From Patescibacteria group bacterium (GTDB taxonomy: Bacteria > Patescibacteriota > Minisyncoccia > Phycocordibacterales > BOKC01), in contig JBBTWE010000001.1 of assembly GCA_038062955.1 (NCBI GenBank), positions 389,640 to 453,639 of the forward strand: DNA of 64,000 nucleotides, in the 5' to 3' direction. The notes under the pieces were generated by a model. That model was given only the letters and a program-made list of their open reading frames with translations. It was not told where the DNA came from and searched no databases. The position numbers were made by a program, and so were the translations under genes. Positions 28,050 to 36,021 of the stretch are shown here, piece after piece; position 1 is the stretch's first letter; every line of letters starts with the position of its first letter.

Positions 28050-29990
28050 ATGAAGAAAAACTCTAACCCCAAAACTATTCCCCAAACCATTAAAGGAACT
28101 ATCAAAATAAACTTCCGAGGTATTGGTTATTTAAAAGTTTTAGACCTAAAAGAAGATATTGAAATTGAGAACTTCAACCTCAAAACAGCTCTCAACAACG
28201 ACGAAGTCGAAGTGAGGTTGCTTTCCAAAACAAAAGAAAAAAGACAACAGGGCGAAGTAGTGAATATCCTAAAGCGTTCGAAAGATCAATTTGTGGGTAT
28301 CGTAGAAAAAAAAGGCGTCACTTTCTTTCTTAAAGCAGACGACAGAAAGCTTTACAGGGACATTATTATTGAAGCGGGGGCAAACGACTCTCAAATTATT
28401 GGCAAGAAAGTCTTAGTCAAAATTACTTCGTGGGGAGACGCGAAGAAAAATCCTGAAGGTAAACTTGTTGAAGTTTTGGGAGATAAAGGCTCTCATGAAG
28501 TTGAGATTCGATCGATCGTCCTTGAGCGAGGATTAGATATGGAATTTCCGAAGGATGTGGAAGACGAGGCAAAGAAAGTCGCGGAAGAATCTGTGAGAAA
28601 AATGCGTGAGGGAGGAATTGAAGGCCGTCGAGATTTTCGCAGTACACCAACATGCACTATTGACCCAGTAGACGCGAAAGATTTTGACGATGCTCTTTCT
28701 CTCGTCATAAACAAAGATGGAACTTTGGAAGTGGGTGTTCATATCGCAGACGTTTCCCATTATGTGAGAGAAGGGAGCCATCTCGACCAAGAAGCGATAA
28801 AAAGAGGGTTTTCAATTTATCTGGTTGATCGCACCATTCCCATGCTCCCGGAAATTCTTTCAAACGAACTTTGCAGTTTAAACCCAGATGAAGACAGATT
28901 AGCTTTTTCTGCTGTCTTTAAAATGGATCGCAAAGGAAAAGTGTTAAGTCGTTGGTTTGGTAAAAGCATTATTCGATCACAAAAGAGATTTTCATACGAA
29001 GAAGCCCAAAAGACCTTAAACGAAAAGACAGGAAAGTTTTTTGAAGAATTGGATATTTTAAACAATATCTCCAAGAACTTAAGACAAGAAAGATTCCGTT
29101 CTGGCGCAATTGATTTCGATACTGATGAAGTTCGTTTTGAGCTTGATCCTATGGGTAAGCCGATAAGAGTTTTTAGAAAAGCCAGACTCGAGACGCACAA
29201 ATTAGTTGAAGAACTCATGTTGCTTGCCAATAAAGAAGTGGCGAAATTCGTTTTTGAGAAAAATAAAAAAGGCTCCGGTTTTATTTTCAGGACCCACGAT
29301 ATGCCGGACAAAGAAAAGATAAAAAGTCTCTCTGTTTTTTTGAGAGCTCTTGGTTACACATTAAAACTCGATAATATAGGATCGGTTTCTTCCAAAGACT
29401 TGAATGCTCTCTTTACCCAAATAGAGGGCAAAGCCGAAGAGTCGCTTATAAAAACAGCAGCGGTGCGTTCAATGGCCAAAGCGATTTATTCCACAAGAAA
29501 TAGCGGGCATTTTGGCTTGGCTTTCGATTATTACACTCACTTCACTTCCCCGATTAGAAGATATCCCGATTTGCTAGTTCATCGTTTTTTGGAGAAATCA
29601 TTGCAAGGGAAAAAACTCACAGAAGATCTACAAAAATTTCAAAAGTTGGCCGCAGAAATGTCGGAAAAAGAAATAAAAGTCAGTGAAGCCGAAAGAGCGT
29701 CGATTAAATACAAACAGGTTGAATTTATGCTTCCAAATATTGGGAAGACTTTCAGTGGTGTGATTTCCGGCATTACCGAATGGGGTATTTATGTTGAAGA
29801 AATTGAAACTCGGGCAGAAGGCATGATTAAACTTCGAGATATAGGCGATGATTTCTACGAATTGAATGAAAAACAATATTCTTTGATCGGTAAAAAAACT
29901 AAAAGAAAATTCCAACTTGGAGATAAAGTGCAAATTAAAGTTAAAAGAGTGGACTTAGATCAAAAGCAAATCGATTACGCTCTAGTGTAG
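28050..29990 (+). CDS. rnr: Ribonuclease R
   Basis: TIDPVDAKDFDDALS, YTHFTSPIRRYPDLLVHR, C-terminal S1 domain; true start likely MKKNS at 28050. Confidence 0.95.
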   Translation: MKKNSNPKTIPQTIKGTIKINFRGIGYLKVLDLKEDIEIENFNLKTALNNDEVEVRLLSKTKEKRQQGEVVNILKRSKDQFVGIVEKKGVTFFLKADDRKLYRDIIIEAGANDSQIIGKKVLVKITSWGDAKKNPEGKLVEVLGDKGSHEVEIRSIVLERGLDMEFPKDVEDEAKKVAEESVRKMREGGIEGRRDFRSTPTCTIDPVDAKDFDDALSLVINKDGTLEVGVHIADVSHYVREGSHLDQEAIKRGFSIYLVDRTIPMLPEILSNELCSLNPDEDRLAFSAVFKMDRKGKVLSRWFGKSIIRSQKRFSYEEAQKTLNEKTGKFFEELDILNNISKNLRQERFRSGAIDFDTDEVRFELDPMGKPIRVFRKARLETHKLVEELMLLANKEVAKFVFEKNKKGSGFIFRTHDMPDKEKIKSLSVFLRALGYTLKLDNIGSVSSKDLNALFTQIEGKAEESLIKTAAVRSMAKAIYSTRNSGHFGLAFDYYTHFTSPIRRYPDLLVHRFLEKSLQGKKLTEDLQKFQKLAAEMSEKEIKVSEAERASIKYKQVEFMLPNIGKTFSGVISGITEWGIYVEEIETRAEGMIKLRDIGDDFYELNEKQYSLIGKKTKRKFQLGDKVQIKVKRVDLDQKQIDYALV

Positions 29991-30053
29991 TGCTGTGAAT
30001 CACAAAACTCCTTTCTCGGCACATGTTGTATTTTTAATTGGGTGGATGATAAT

Positions 30054-30232
30054 AAAAAAAACCCTGGTCCTCCCACCCACCGTCGCTTGAAGGGGAAGGA
30101 CCAGAGTCGAGAATCAATATCATTGTCTGCGTGCCAGCTTTCAAGACACTGACTCTCTATCTAACCACACGAAGCACATCTTCCTGATGGTTCAGCCTGG
30201 AGCAATCCAGACCACCAGAAAGCATCTATCTT
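30054..30232 (-). ncRNA. Candidate small structured RNA (about 175 nt)
   Basis: Hairpins 30181-30221 and 30109-30157 with G-U pairs only on the minus strand; terminator 30064-30104 plus U-tract; no substantial ORF. Confidence 0.45.
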
Positions 30233-30310
30233 ATTTATATCACAAACAAAAAAGAATACAATCTCCTTTATTCGAACTTGAACAGGTATCGTAGAAAGTT
30301 TCTTTATACT

Positions 30311-30397
30311 AAAAAACAGGCCCAGGAACTACGAGTTCCGGGGCCTGAGTTCTATGCATGCCATGATAGCCTCTGACAGGTGTTTTACCACGGCATT
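30311..30397 (-). ncRNA. Candidate small RNA (about 85 nt)
   Basis: TTGACT-16nt-TAGCAT at 30430-30403, hairpin 30359-30395, terminator 30317-30347 plus T6; could instead be the smc 3' UTR and terminator. Confidence 0.4.
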
Positions 30398-30430
30398 TGT
30401 TTATGCTAATTAATAAAGAGAAAAAGTCAA

Positions 30431-32665
30431 CTACTTGGCGACAGCCAACGCCTCCTCAAACGCCACCGATAGGATTTTAGAATATCCATCTTTGCCCATA
30501 GTTACCCCATAGAGCACTCCAGCGCGTGACATCGTTTCTCGATTGTGAGTAATTAAAATAAGCTGTGAACTTTTGGCGAGGGACTCGAGCATGTCTCCAT
30601 AACGCTTTGAATTAGCTTCATCGAGAGCCGCATCTGTTTCGTCCAAGATAAGAAATGGTGGAGGGTTTACTTGAGAGACAGCAAAAATTAAAGCAATTGA
30701 AATAAGTGACCTCTCGCCACCAGAGAGCATCTCAAGTCCCCTTACTTTTTTCCGAGGCATGGATACTTTTATATCTAATCCTTCTCGCTCTTCCTCATCT
30801 CCAATAAAATCTGGATTATTTTCATCCAAAATCTCACCAGCCTCATCTTCGTCATTTTTCTTTTTTCTCATTCTTTCTTTTACCACAGTTAAGCTGGCCG
30901 ATCCCCCGTCGAACATGAGAGCAAATAGAGTATTAAATCTGTCGTTTATTTTTAGAACTCCACTTTTAAAACTTTCATTAAGCTCAACTTCCAAATCTTT
31001 TATAAGTTTCTTTAAAGAGTCTGATGAGGTTTGGAGATCTGCAAGTTCCTTTTCTAAGAAGATATCTCGCGCAGTAATATCATTAAATTCTTTCTCGACA
31101 TCAGGGCCAATTCCCCCAGCTTCCTCAAGTCTGATTTTTATTTTTTCGATCTCGCGTTTAAGAGCAATACGATCAGCATTCGGGGCAACTTTCGCCTCTT
31201 TTTTTAGAAAATCCAAGACAGCCTCACCGGAAACGACTTTCGCCTCTTTAAGATCATTTTGAAAATTTTGTTCTTCAAAAGAAAGTCTTTTTTCTGATTC
31301 TTCCAAATGATAAATTGCCGCCCGCAAGGAACTTTCCTCGGCTTTCATCCGAAAAACACTTCTTTCTAGGTCTCGACTAACATCCTTTTCCTTCTCTATT
31401 TCATCCTGCAAAATCTTAAAAGAATTCTGAATATCTTCCTCTCTCTTTCTCGTGCCGACTATCTTTAATTCTAGTGTCGATTTCTCTCCCTCCAAACGCG
31501 CTAGTTCAACCTCATAATTATTATCTTTTTCTACAACCTTTTCGCTACGCAATAAACTGGAAATTCCTTGAAGAAATTTTTTGAAAATGCTCTTTAAAAA
31601 AGAAATATCAGTACTATTTTCAATTTTTGCAGAAAAATCTTTTAATTCTTTTTCCAGTTTTTCTACTTCTTCTCGCGAGATATTAAGCTTTTCTATACTA
31701 GTATTTTTATTTAGTTCGATTACTCTTTTTAAAGAGGCAATCTGTCCTTCAAACCGGCCCAAATTGCGAGTCAACGAATCTTTCTCAACTCTTAATTCAC
31801 CTAAACTTTTCTCCAAATCAAAAAGCCTTGTTTTTTTCTCATCCGGTGCGCCGGTTTTGAGCATTTTGGTCTTAACCTGTAATTCTTTTTCGAGCCTCAC
31901 CAAAGAAGCTTGAGGAACGTTTTTTTCTCCAACCAATCTTTCTTTTTCGCGGTCGAGGTAAGCGCGCTCCAAGGTCAAATATCCGCCAAAAATTTTTCGG
32001 AGTTCGAGACGGAGTTCTTTATTCTTCTGCAGCTTTTCAAACTGTCGCTTTAAAAATTTAATGTGAGGCGAAAGCTCGCGGCGGAGAGAGCCGACTTGTT
32101 TTATATTTTCTTCAGTCTTAAGTAGTTTCTTCTCGCTTTCTTGTTTTTTATAGTGATAGATTCGGAGCCCCAAAGCGTCCTCAATCATTGCCTTCCTCTC
32201 AGGCATTTTGGCATTTAAAATTTTATCTGCCTCTCCTTGAGAGATGATGTGATGTCCTGATGGTCCAATATGAGTTGGCGCAAGCATCTCAACAATATCC
32301 CGAAGGCGTACTTGAGTGCCATTTAAAAAATATTCATTTACTCCGTCTCGATAAACAGCTCTTTCCACCGTCACCTCCTCAAAATCAAGATTTAAAAATT
32401 TCTTGCGATTATCAAAAGTTATTTTAACTGAAGCTCGTGAGCTTTTTGGCATTTCAGTTGTGCCGTTCCAAATCAAATCTTCACCCTTCCTACCACGCAT
32501 GGATTTAATCGATTGCTCGCCTAAGGCAAAACGAAAAGCTTCCGCCACATTAGACTTACCTGAACCGTTTGGTCCCACAATCGAAGTAATTGGGCTACCA
32601 AATTCCAAAACCGATTTTTTGGCAAATGATTTGAAACCCTGAAGTTCTAATCTTTTTAACATCAT
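30431..32665 (-). CDS. smc: Short SMC-family ATPase
   Basis: LQGFKSF, GPNGSGKSN, LSGGERSL, LDETDAALDEAN, ITHN; long coiled coil; only 744 aa. Confidence 0.88.
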   Translation of the reverse strand: MMLKRLELQGFKSFAKKSVLEFGSPITSIVGPNGSGKSNVAEAFRFALGEQSIKSMRGRKGEDLIWNGTTEMPKSSRASVKITFDNRKKFLNLDFEEVTVERAVYRDGVNEYFLNGTQVRLRDIVEMLAPTHIGPSGHHIISQGEADKILNAKMPERKAMIEDALGLRIYHYKKQESEKKLLKTEENIKQVGSLRRELSPHIKFLKRQFEKLQKNKELRLELRKIFGGYLTLERAYLDREKERLVGEKNVPQASLVRLEKELQVKTKMLKTGAPDEKKTRLFDLEKSLGELRVEKDSLTRNLGRFEGQIASLKRVIELNKNTSIEKLNISREEVEKLEKELKDFSAKIENSTDISFLKSIFKKFLQGISSLLRSEKVVEKDNNYEVELARLEGEKSTLELKIVGTRKREEDIQNSFKILQDEIEKEKDVSRDLERSVFRMKAEESSLRAAIYHLEESEKRLSFEEQNFQNDLKEAKVVSGEAVLDFLKKEAKVAPNADRIALKREIEKIKIRLEEAGGIGPDVEKEFNDITARDIFLEKELADLQTSSDSLKKLIKDLEVELNESFKSGVLKINDRFNTLFALMFDGGSASLTVVKERMRKKKNDEDEAGEILDENNPDFIGDEEEREGLDIKVSMPRKKVRGLEMLSGGERSLISIALIFAVSQVNPPPFLILDETDAALDEANSKRYGDMLESLAKSSQLILITHNRETMSRAGVLYGVTMGKDGYSKILSVAFEEALAVAK

Positions 32666-32673
32666 TAAATTAC

Positions 32674-32826
32674 AGATTCACGATTCATGATTCAAGAATT
32701 TAAGATTTCCCATTCATGAATCGTGGTTCTTGAATCTTGAATCTATTTTATAACGAAATGGAAAAACAGGCACTATCCAAAAAGATTTAAGATTTACGAT
32801 ATATGATTTACGATTTGAAATTCAAG
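32674..32826. repeat. Heptamer tandem arrays (GATTCAN inverted pair; GATTTAN run) upstream of smc
   Basis: gattcac-gattcat-gattcaa ... ttgaatc-ttgaatc; gatttaa-gatttac-gatatat-gatttac. Confidence 0.65.
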
Positions 32827-32828
32827 AC

Positions 32829-32867
32829 AAAAAGAAAGGGCGACCATGGTTTTAGCCTTGGTCGCCC
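32829..32867 (-). terminator. Intrinsic terminator of islet 2
   Basis: GGGCGACCA/TGGTCGCCC 9-bp stem followed by TTTCTTTTT on the minus strand. Confidence 0.8.
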
Positions 32868-32899
32868 GTCTACAGGTGTCGACGCCTAACCCGTCGACC
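32866..32899. repeat. 34-nt element, reverse complement of 880-913 (33/34 identical)
   Basis: CCGTCTACAGGTGTCGACGCCTAACCCGTCGACC. Confidence 0.9.
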
Positions 32900-32934
32900 C
32901 TCGTTGTTGTTCTCACTGACTGGTTGTATATTGA

Positions 32935-33426
32935 TCACACGATCGGCAGCACAGCCGACACTTGCCTGGCATACCGGAAGTGGTCGAGCCCACCGCAGGA
33001 CCACCCCCACTGCCCGCTCGAATCGCGACGCAGAATGAGCACGCAACGACTGCCGCTCGGGTCGAGGAGAACATCACCGAAGAAGTCGAGGTAAGTGATG
33101 TTCTGTGTTCGGAACAATGTTTCGAGCACACTATTCTCCTTGAGGGCTTCCCAATCTCTCCAGAGACCGAGGAAGACATCGGCACCCAGACGGATCTTGT
33201 TGCCAGCCTTGAGACGTTCGAACTTCTCTTCGCAGGTGATTCGTATCTCTCCCTGCTTGAGGCAAGAGACGAGTTTCACCTTGGAGAAATCGACAGATTT
33301 CAAACCGTCCTTCAGTGAATCGTGATCCTCAAAGACGAGTTTCCACTCTTCACTCAAAAAATCCTTCACGTCGAATGGAACGGCGGTGACGATGAGATTG
33401 CTGGATGGAGTTGCTGACTGACACAT
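32935..33426 (-). CDS. Hypothetical protein, candidate DGR variable (target) protein of a second family
   Basis: 163 aa, strong AAGGAGGTG SD; C-terminus DPSGSRCVLILRRDSSGQWGWSCGGLDHFRYARQVSAVL enriched in NNY/NGG codons. Confidence 0.7.
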   Translation of the reverse strand: MCQSATPSSNLIVTAVPFDVKDFLSEEWKLVFEDHDSLKDGLKSVDFSKVKLVSCLKQGEIRITCEEKFERLKAGNKIRLGADVFLGLWRDWEALKENSVLETLFRTQNITYLDFFGDVLLDPSGSRCVLILRRDSSGQWGWSCGGLDHFRYARQVSAVLPIV

Positions 33427-33599
33427 AACACACCTCCTTGATGTGTTTGGTAGTTGATTTGTGGCTTAGCGAAATTGTCTGCCTCATCGGCAGATAAACT
33501 TTGCCACAGCAGGAGATAGCTCTCATTTAAGAGAGCGAGCATCTGCTGTGGCAAAACCCGCCTTTGTTCAACTACGGCGTGGCAAGTCAGTGAGTTTTG

Positions 33600-33649
33600 A
33601 ATGAACAATTTTCTGTTTTTAGAGTACACCCATTCGTCTATTTTGTCAA
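33600..33649 (-). promoter_or_regulatory. Sigma70 promoter plus boxA-like start motif of islet 2
   Basis: TTGACA-17nt-TACTCT, then CAGAAAATTGTTCATT. Confidence 0.75.
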
Positions 33650-33650
33650 C

Positions 33651-33687
33651 CCCGTAGTGAAATTTGCCCAGCAAATTCTACTACGGG
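33651..33687. mobile_element. Minimal family A element (TIRs only)
   Basis: CCCGTAGTGAAATTTGC-cca-GCAAATTCTACTACGGG flanked by GTCAA direct repeat. Confidence 0.7.
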
Positions 33688-33779
33688 GTCAAGCAAAAAC
33701 AGATACACAAAAAACCTAGTATTTTAGGCATATTTTAGATTTTCCTAGCCCCTACCGCGAATGACAAAACTCGTCGAAA

Positions 33780-33870
33780 TCATAGTTTTTGAGAGACATT
33801 GCGCAGGCTGTCGAGCCGAGCATAGCAAAAATCTAGCAAGATTTTATGCGCGTCTATCAAAAACTTATGA
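33780..33870. repeat. Palindromic element family D, copy 1
   Basis: Core ACATTGCG...CGAGCATAGCAAAAATCTAGCAAGATTTTATGCGCGT shared with 61234-61326, inside an IR of about 18 bp. Confidence 0.7.
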
Positions 33871-33897
33871 TGAGAAAGAGGTTTGTAATTCACAACT

Positions 33898-33964
33898 AGT
33901 CAGAAATTTTATATCACTTCGTGATAAAAAATCTTCTGACATGATTTCTGTAGTGCAGAAATCA
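33898..33964. repeat. Repeat family B copy 2 (two hairpins), overlapping the rnc stop codon
   Basis: Near-identical to 14458-14524, with compensatory stem changes. Confidence 0.8.
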
Positions 33965-34648
33965 CCATCCCTTCTCCTTCAGAGCGTTTTTTGCCGCGAT
34001 TTGTTCAGCATCTTGTTTTGACTCTCCTTCCCCTTCAGCAATTTTTTCTTCCCCTAAAAATACTCCGGAAGTAAAGCGTTTGTCGTGATCTGGTCCAATT
34101 TCTTTTAAAACTTTGTAGGCTGGAGTGAAGCCTGTGATCTCCTGGGCCTTTTCTTGAAAAAGACTTTTAGCGTCAAGCCAGGTCTTTGTCCTTATAATAT
34201 CGTCAGTTCCCGGAGTAACAAATCTTAAAATAAACTTTTTAGCCTCCTCGTAGCCGCGATCAAGATAAATTGCGCCAATAATCGATTCAAGAGTGTTTGC
34301 CAGAATAATGTTCCTTGCCCGACCTGTGTCTTTTGCTTCTCCTTTAGAAAGAAGTAGAAAATCATTCACGTTAAGTTCACCTGCTACTTTGGCGCAATTT
34401 ACAGCATTCACTAAAGCCGCTCGGTAGCTTGTTAAATCACCTTCTGTTTTATTTGGAAAACGTTCAAAAAGAAATTCTGTTACCACAAGCTCAAGCACTG
34501 CATCACCCAAAAATTCTAGCCTTTCATTGTGTGCAAGACCTAAATTTTTTTGTTCATTTAGATATGAACGGTGAATAAACGCTTGCTCGAGCAAGTTCTT
34601 ATCTTTAAAATTTAATCCTGCTATTTCTTCAAATTTAGAGAAATCCAT
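33962..34648 (-). CDS. rnc: Ribonuclease III
   Basis: HNERLEFLGDAVLEL signature; C-terminal dsRBD (GPDHDKRF, SKQDAEQIAA). Confidence 0.97.
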   Translation of the reverse strand: MDFSKFEEIAGLNFKDKNLLEQAFIHRSYLNEQKNLGLAHNERLEFLGDAVLELVVTEFLFERFPNKTEGDLTSYRAALVNAVNCAKVAGELNVNDFLLLSKGEAKDTGRARNIILANTLESIIGAIYLDRGYEEAKKFILRFVTPGTDDIIRTKTWLDAKSLFQEKAQEITGFTPAYKVLKEIGPDHDKRFTSGVFLGEEKIAEGEGESKQDAEQIAAKNALKEKGW

Positions 34649-34785
34649 CCCGTAGTAGAAAATGGCATCATTTGCTCGCCATTCTTAATTTAACTTGTAA
34701 TATCTTAATATTGTAATACAAACTCTATCTTATATCTTAAGTATTATCTCTCGCAAATAAGAGCTATGCCATTTTTCACTACGGG
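34649..34785. mobile_element. MITE-like family A copy with a different interior, abutting the rnc ATG
   Basis: CCCGTAGTAGAAATGGCAT / ATGCCATTTTTCACTACGGG; exact ATCCAT direct repeat on both sides. Confidence 0.8.
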
Positions 34786-34803
34786 ATCCATTTATTTTAC
34801 TGC

Positions 34804-35703
34804 CTATCCTTTGGTCGCCAAAATCTTTATCGCTTCGGTTACAACCGGCATAATATCATCATAGAAATTGAGGTCCAAAATATCTTTGAGTTTAAACCAT
34901 CTTGCATCATCCAACCCGCCAGACTCACCTAATTTTAATTCAACAAAAGGAGCTTCGGCTAGAAAATATTTTACAATTTTTCTGATCTTGCCCTTTTCTG
35001 GATCATAGGCAATGTACTGGTTCATACCAATCCCAGTTTGAGGCACAGCTTCAATTCCCAATTCTTTTTTGATGACTCTAGAAACACCCACATGTTCATC
35101 TTCACCGCTTTCTAATTTGCCTTTGGATAATGTCCAATGTCCAAACACATCGTGGACAAGCGGAAGAAAAATATCATTCTTTTCTTTGGCATAAACCAGC
35201 GCGCCAACAAGCATTTCAGTAGGCAAATTTTTATCCGATCCGTGATTTTTTGAATTTTTCTTGGGAGCCTCATTTTTCCCCGGTTCCCCCATTTCTTTAT
35301 AAACAGAGCCTAAAACTCCGTTTATAAACCGACTACTATTTTCTCCACCAAAAGCTTTAGCAAGTTCAATTGCTTCATTTATCGCAACTTTAGCCGGAAC
35401 TTCCTTTCTATCAGAAAATAGAAGTTCATAGAGACCAATTCTTAAAATATTGCGATCAATAATTGAAATTTTTTCCAAAGGCCAGTCTGGAGCGGCTTTC
35501 GTAATGATCGTGTCTAAGTCATTTCTTCGAGATAGAACATTCTCAAACAAAGACTTCATAAAATCCATATCTCCATGATTAGGAGCAAATTCTTTGGCAT
35601 TTCGAGAAAAAATATCTAGAGATTCTGACTCTGGAGACTTTTTAAAATCCCATTCAAAAAGAGATTGAAGAACTATGGATCTCGAAAGGTGTCTGTTAGA
35701 CAT
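34804..35703 (-). CDS. nusB: Transcription antitermination factor NusB fused to a NUDIX-like domain
   Basis: IDRNILRIGLYEL, VAINEAIELAKAFGGENSSRFINGVLG; C-terminal WTLSKGKLESGEDEHVGVSRVIKKELG (degenerate Nudix box). Confidence 0.9.
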   Translation of the reverse strand: MSNRHLSRSIVLQSLFEWDFKKSPESESLDIFSRNAKEFAPNHGDMDFMKSLFENVLSRRNDLDTIITKAAPDWPLEKISIIDRNILRIGLYELLFSDRKEVPAKVAINEAIELAKAFGGENSSRFINGVLGSVYKEMGEPGKNEAPKKNSKNHGSDKNLPTEMLVGALVYAKEKNDIFLPLVHDVFGHWTLSKGKLESGEDEHVGVSRVIKKELGIEAVPQTGIGMNQYIAYDPEKGKIRKIVKYFLAEAPFVELKLGESGGLDDARWFKLKDILDLNFYDDIMPVVTEAIKILATKG

Positions 35704-35743
35704 TGAGTTTTAAAAGAAACTCTAAAGAACAACTTATAGGCGT

Positions 35744-35980
35744 TTATTTTGTAGCGGAATTTTCTTTCTCCTGTTTCAGTCTTTTCTTTTCTTTCTTTTC
35801 TACCTTTGAAAGTATACCTAAAACATCCCTGCCTTTGTATTTACCGCAAATCTGGCAAACCTGATGGTTGTTTTTCAACGAACCACAATCAGCGCATTTA
35901 ACAAAATCGCGCGTTTTAAGCTTATGATGAGCCCTGCGATTAGCAGTGTGAGCTCTTGTACTGCGCATTCTTACAACCAT
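35744..35980 (-). CDS. rpmF: 50S ribosomal protein L32
   Basis: RRAHHKL...CADCG...HQVCQICGKYKGR. Confidence 0.92.
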   Translation of the reverse strand: MVVRMRSTRAHTANRRAHHKLKTRDFVKCADCGSLKNNHQVCQICGKYKGRDVLGILSKVEKKEKKRLKQEKENSATK

Positions 35981-36021
35981 AATAGGGAGAAGTATAGATT
36001 AAATAGGAAAAAATTGCAAAA

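Noticed and set aside
253-30176. 13-nt identity ACCACACGAAGCA between the islet 1 gene (253-265) and the candidate RNA (30164-30176)
   Set aside because: It does not extend on either side, and a single 13-mer is plausible by chance; not used as evidence of a guide or template.
30054-30397. Assignment of the candidate RNAs to 6S, SRP, tmRNA, RNase P or a known riboswitch
   Set aside because: I could not see the diagnostic motifs of any of these; left unassigned pending an Rfam search.
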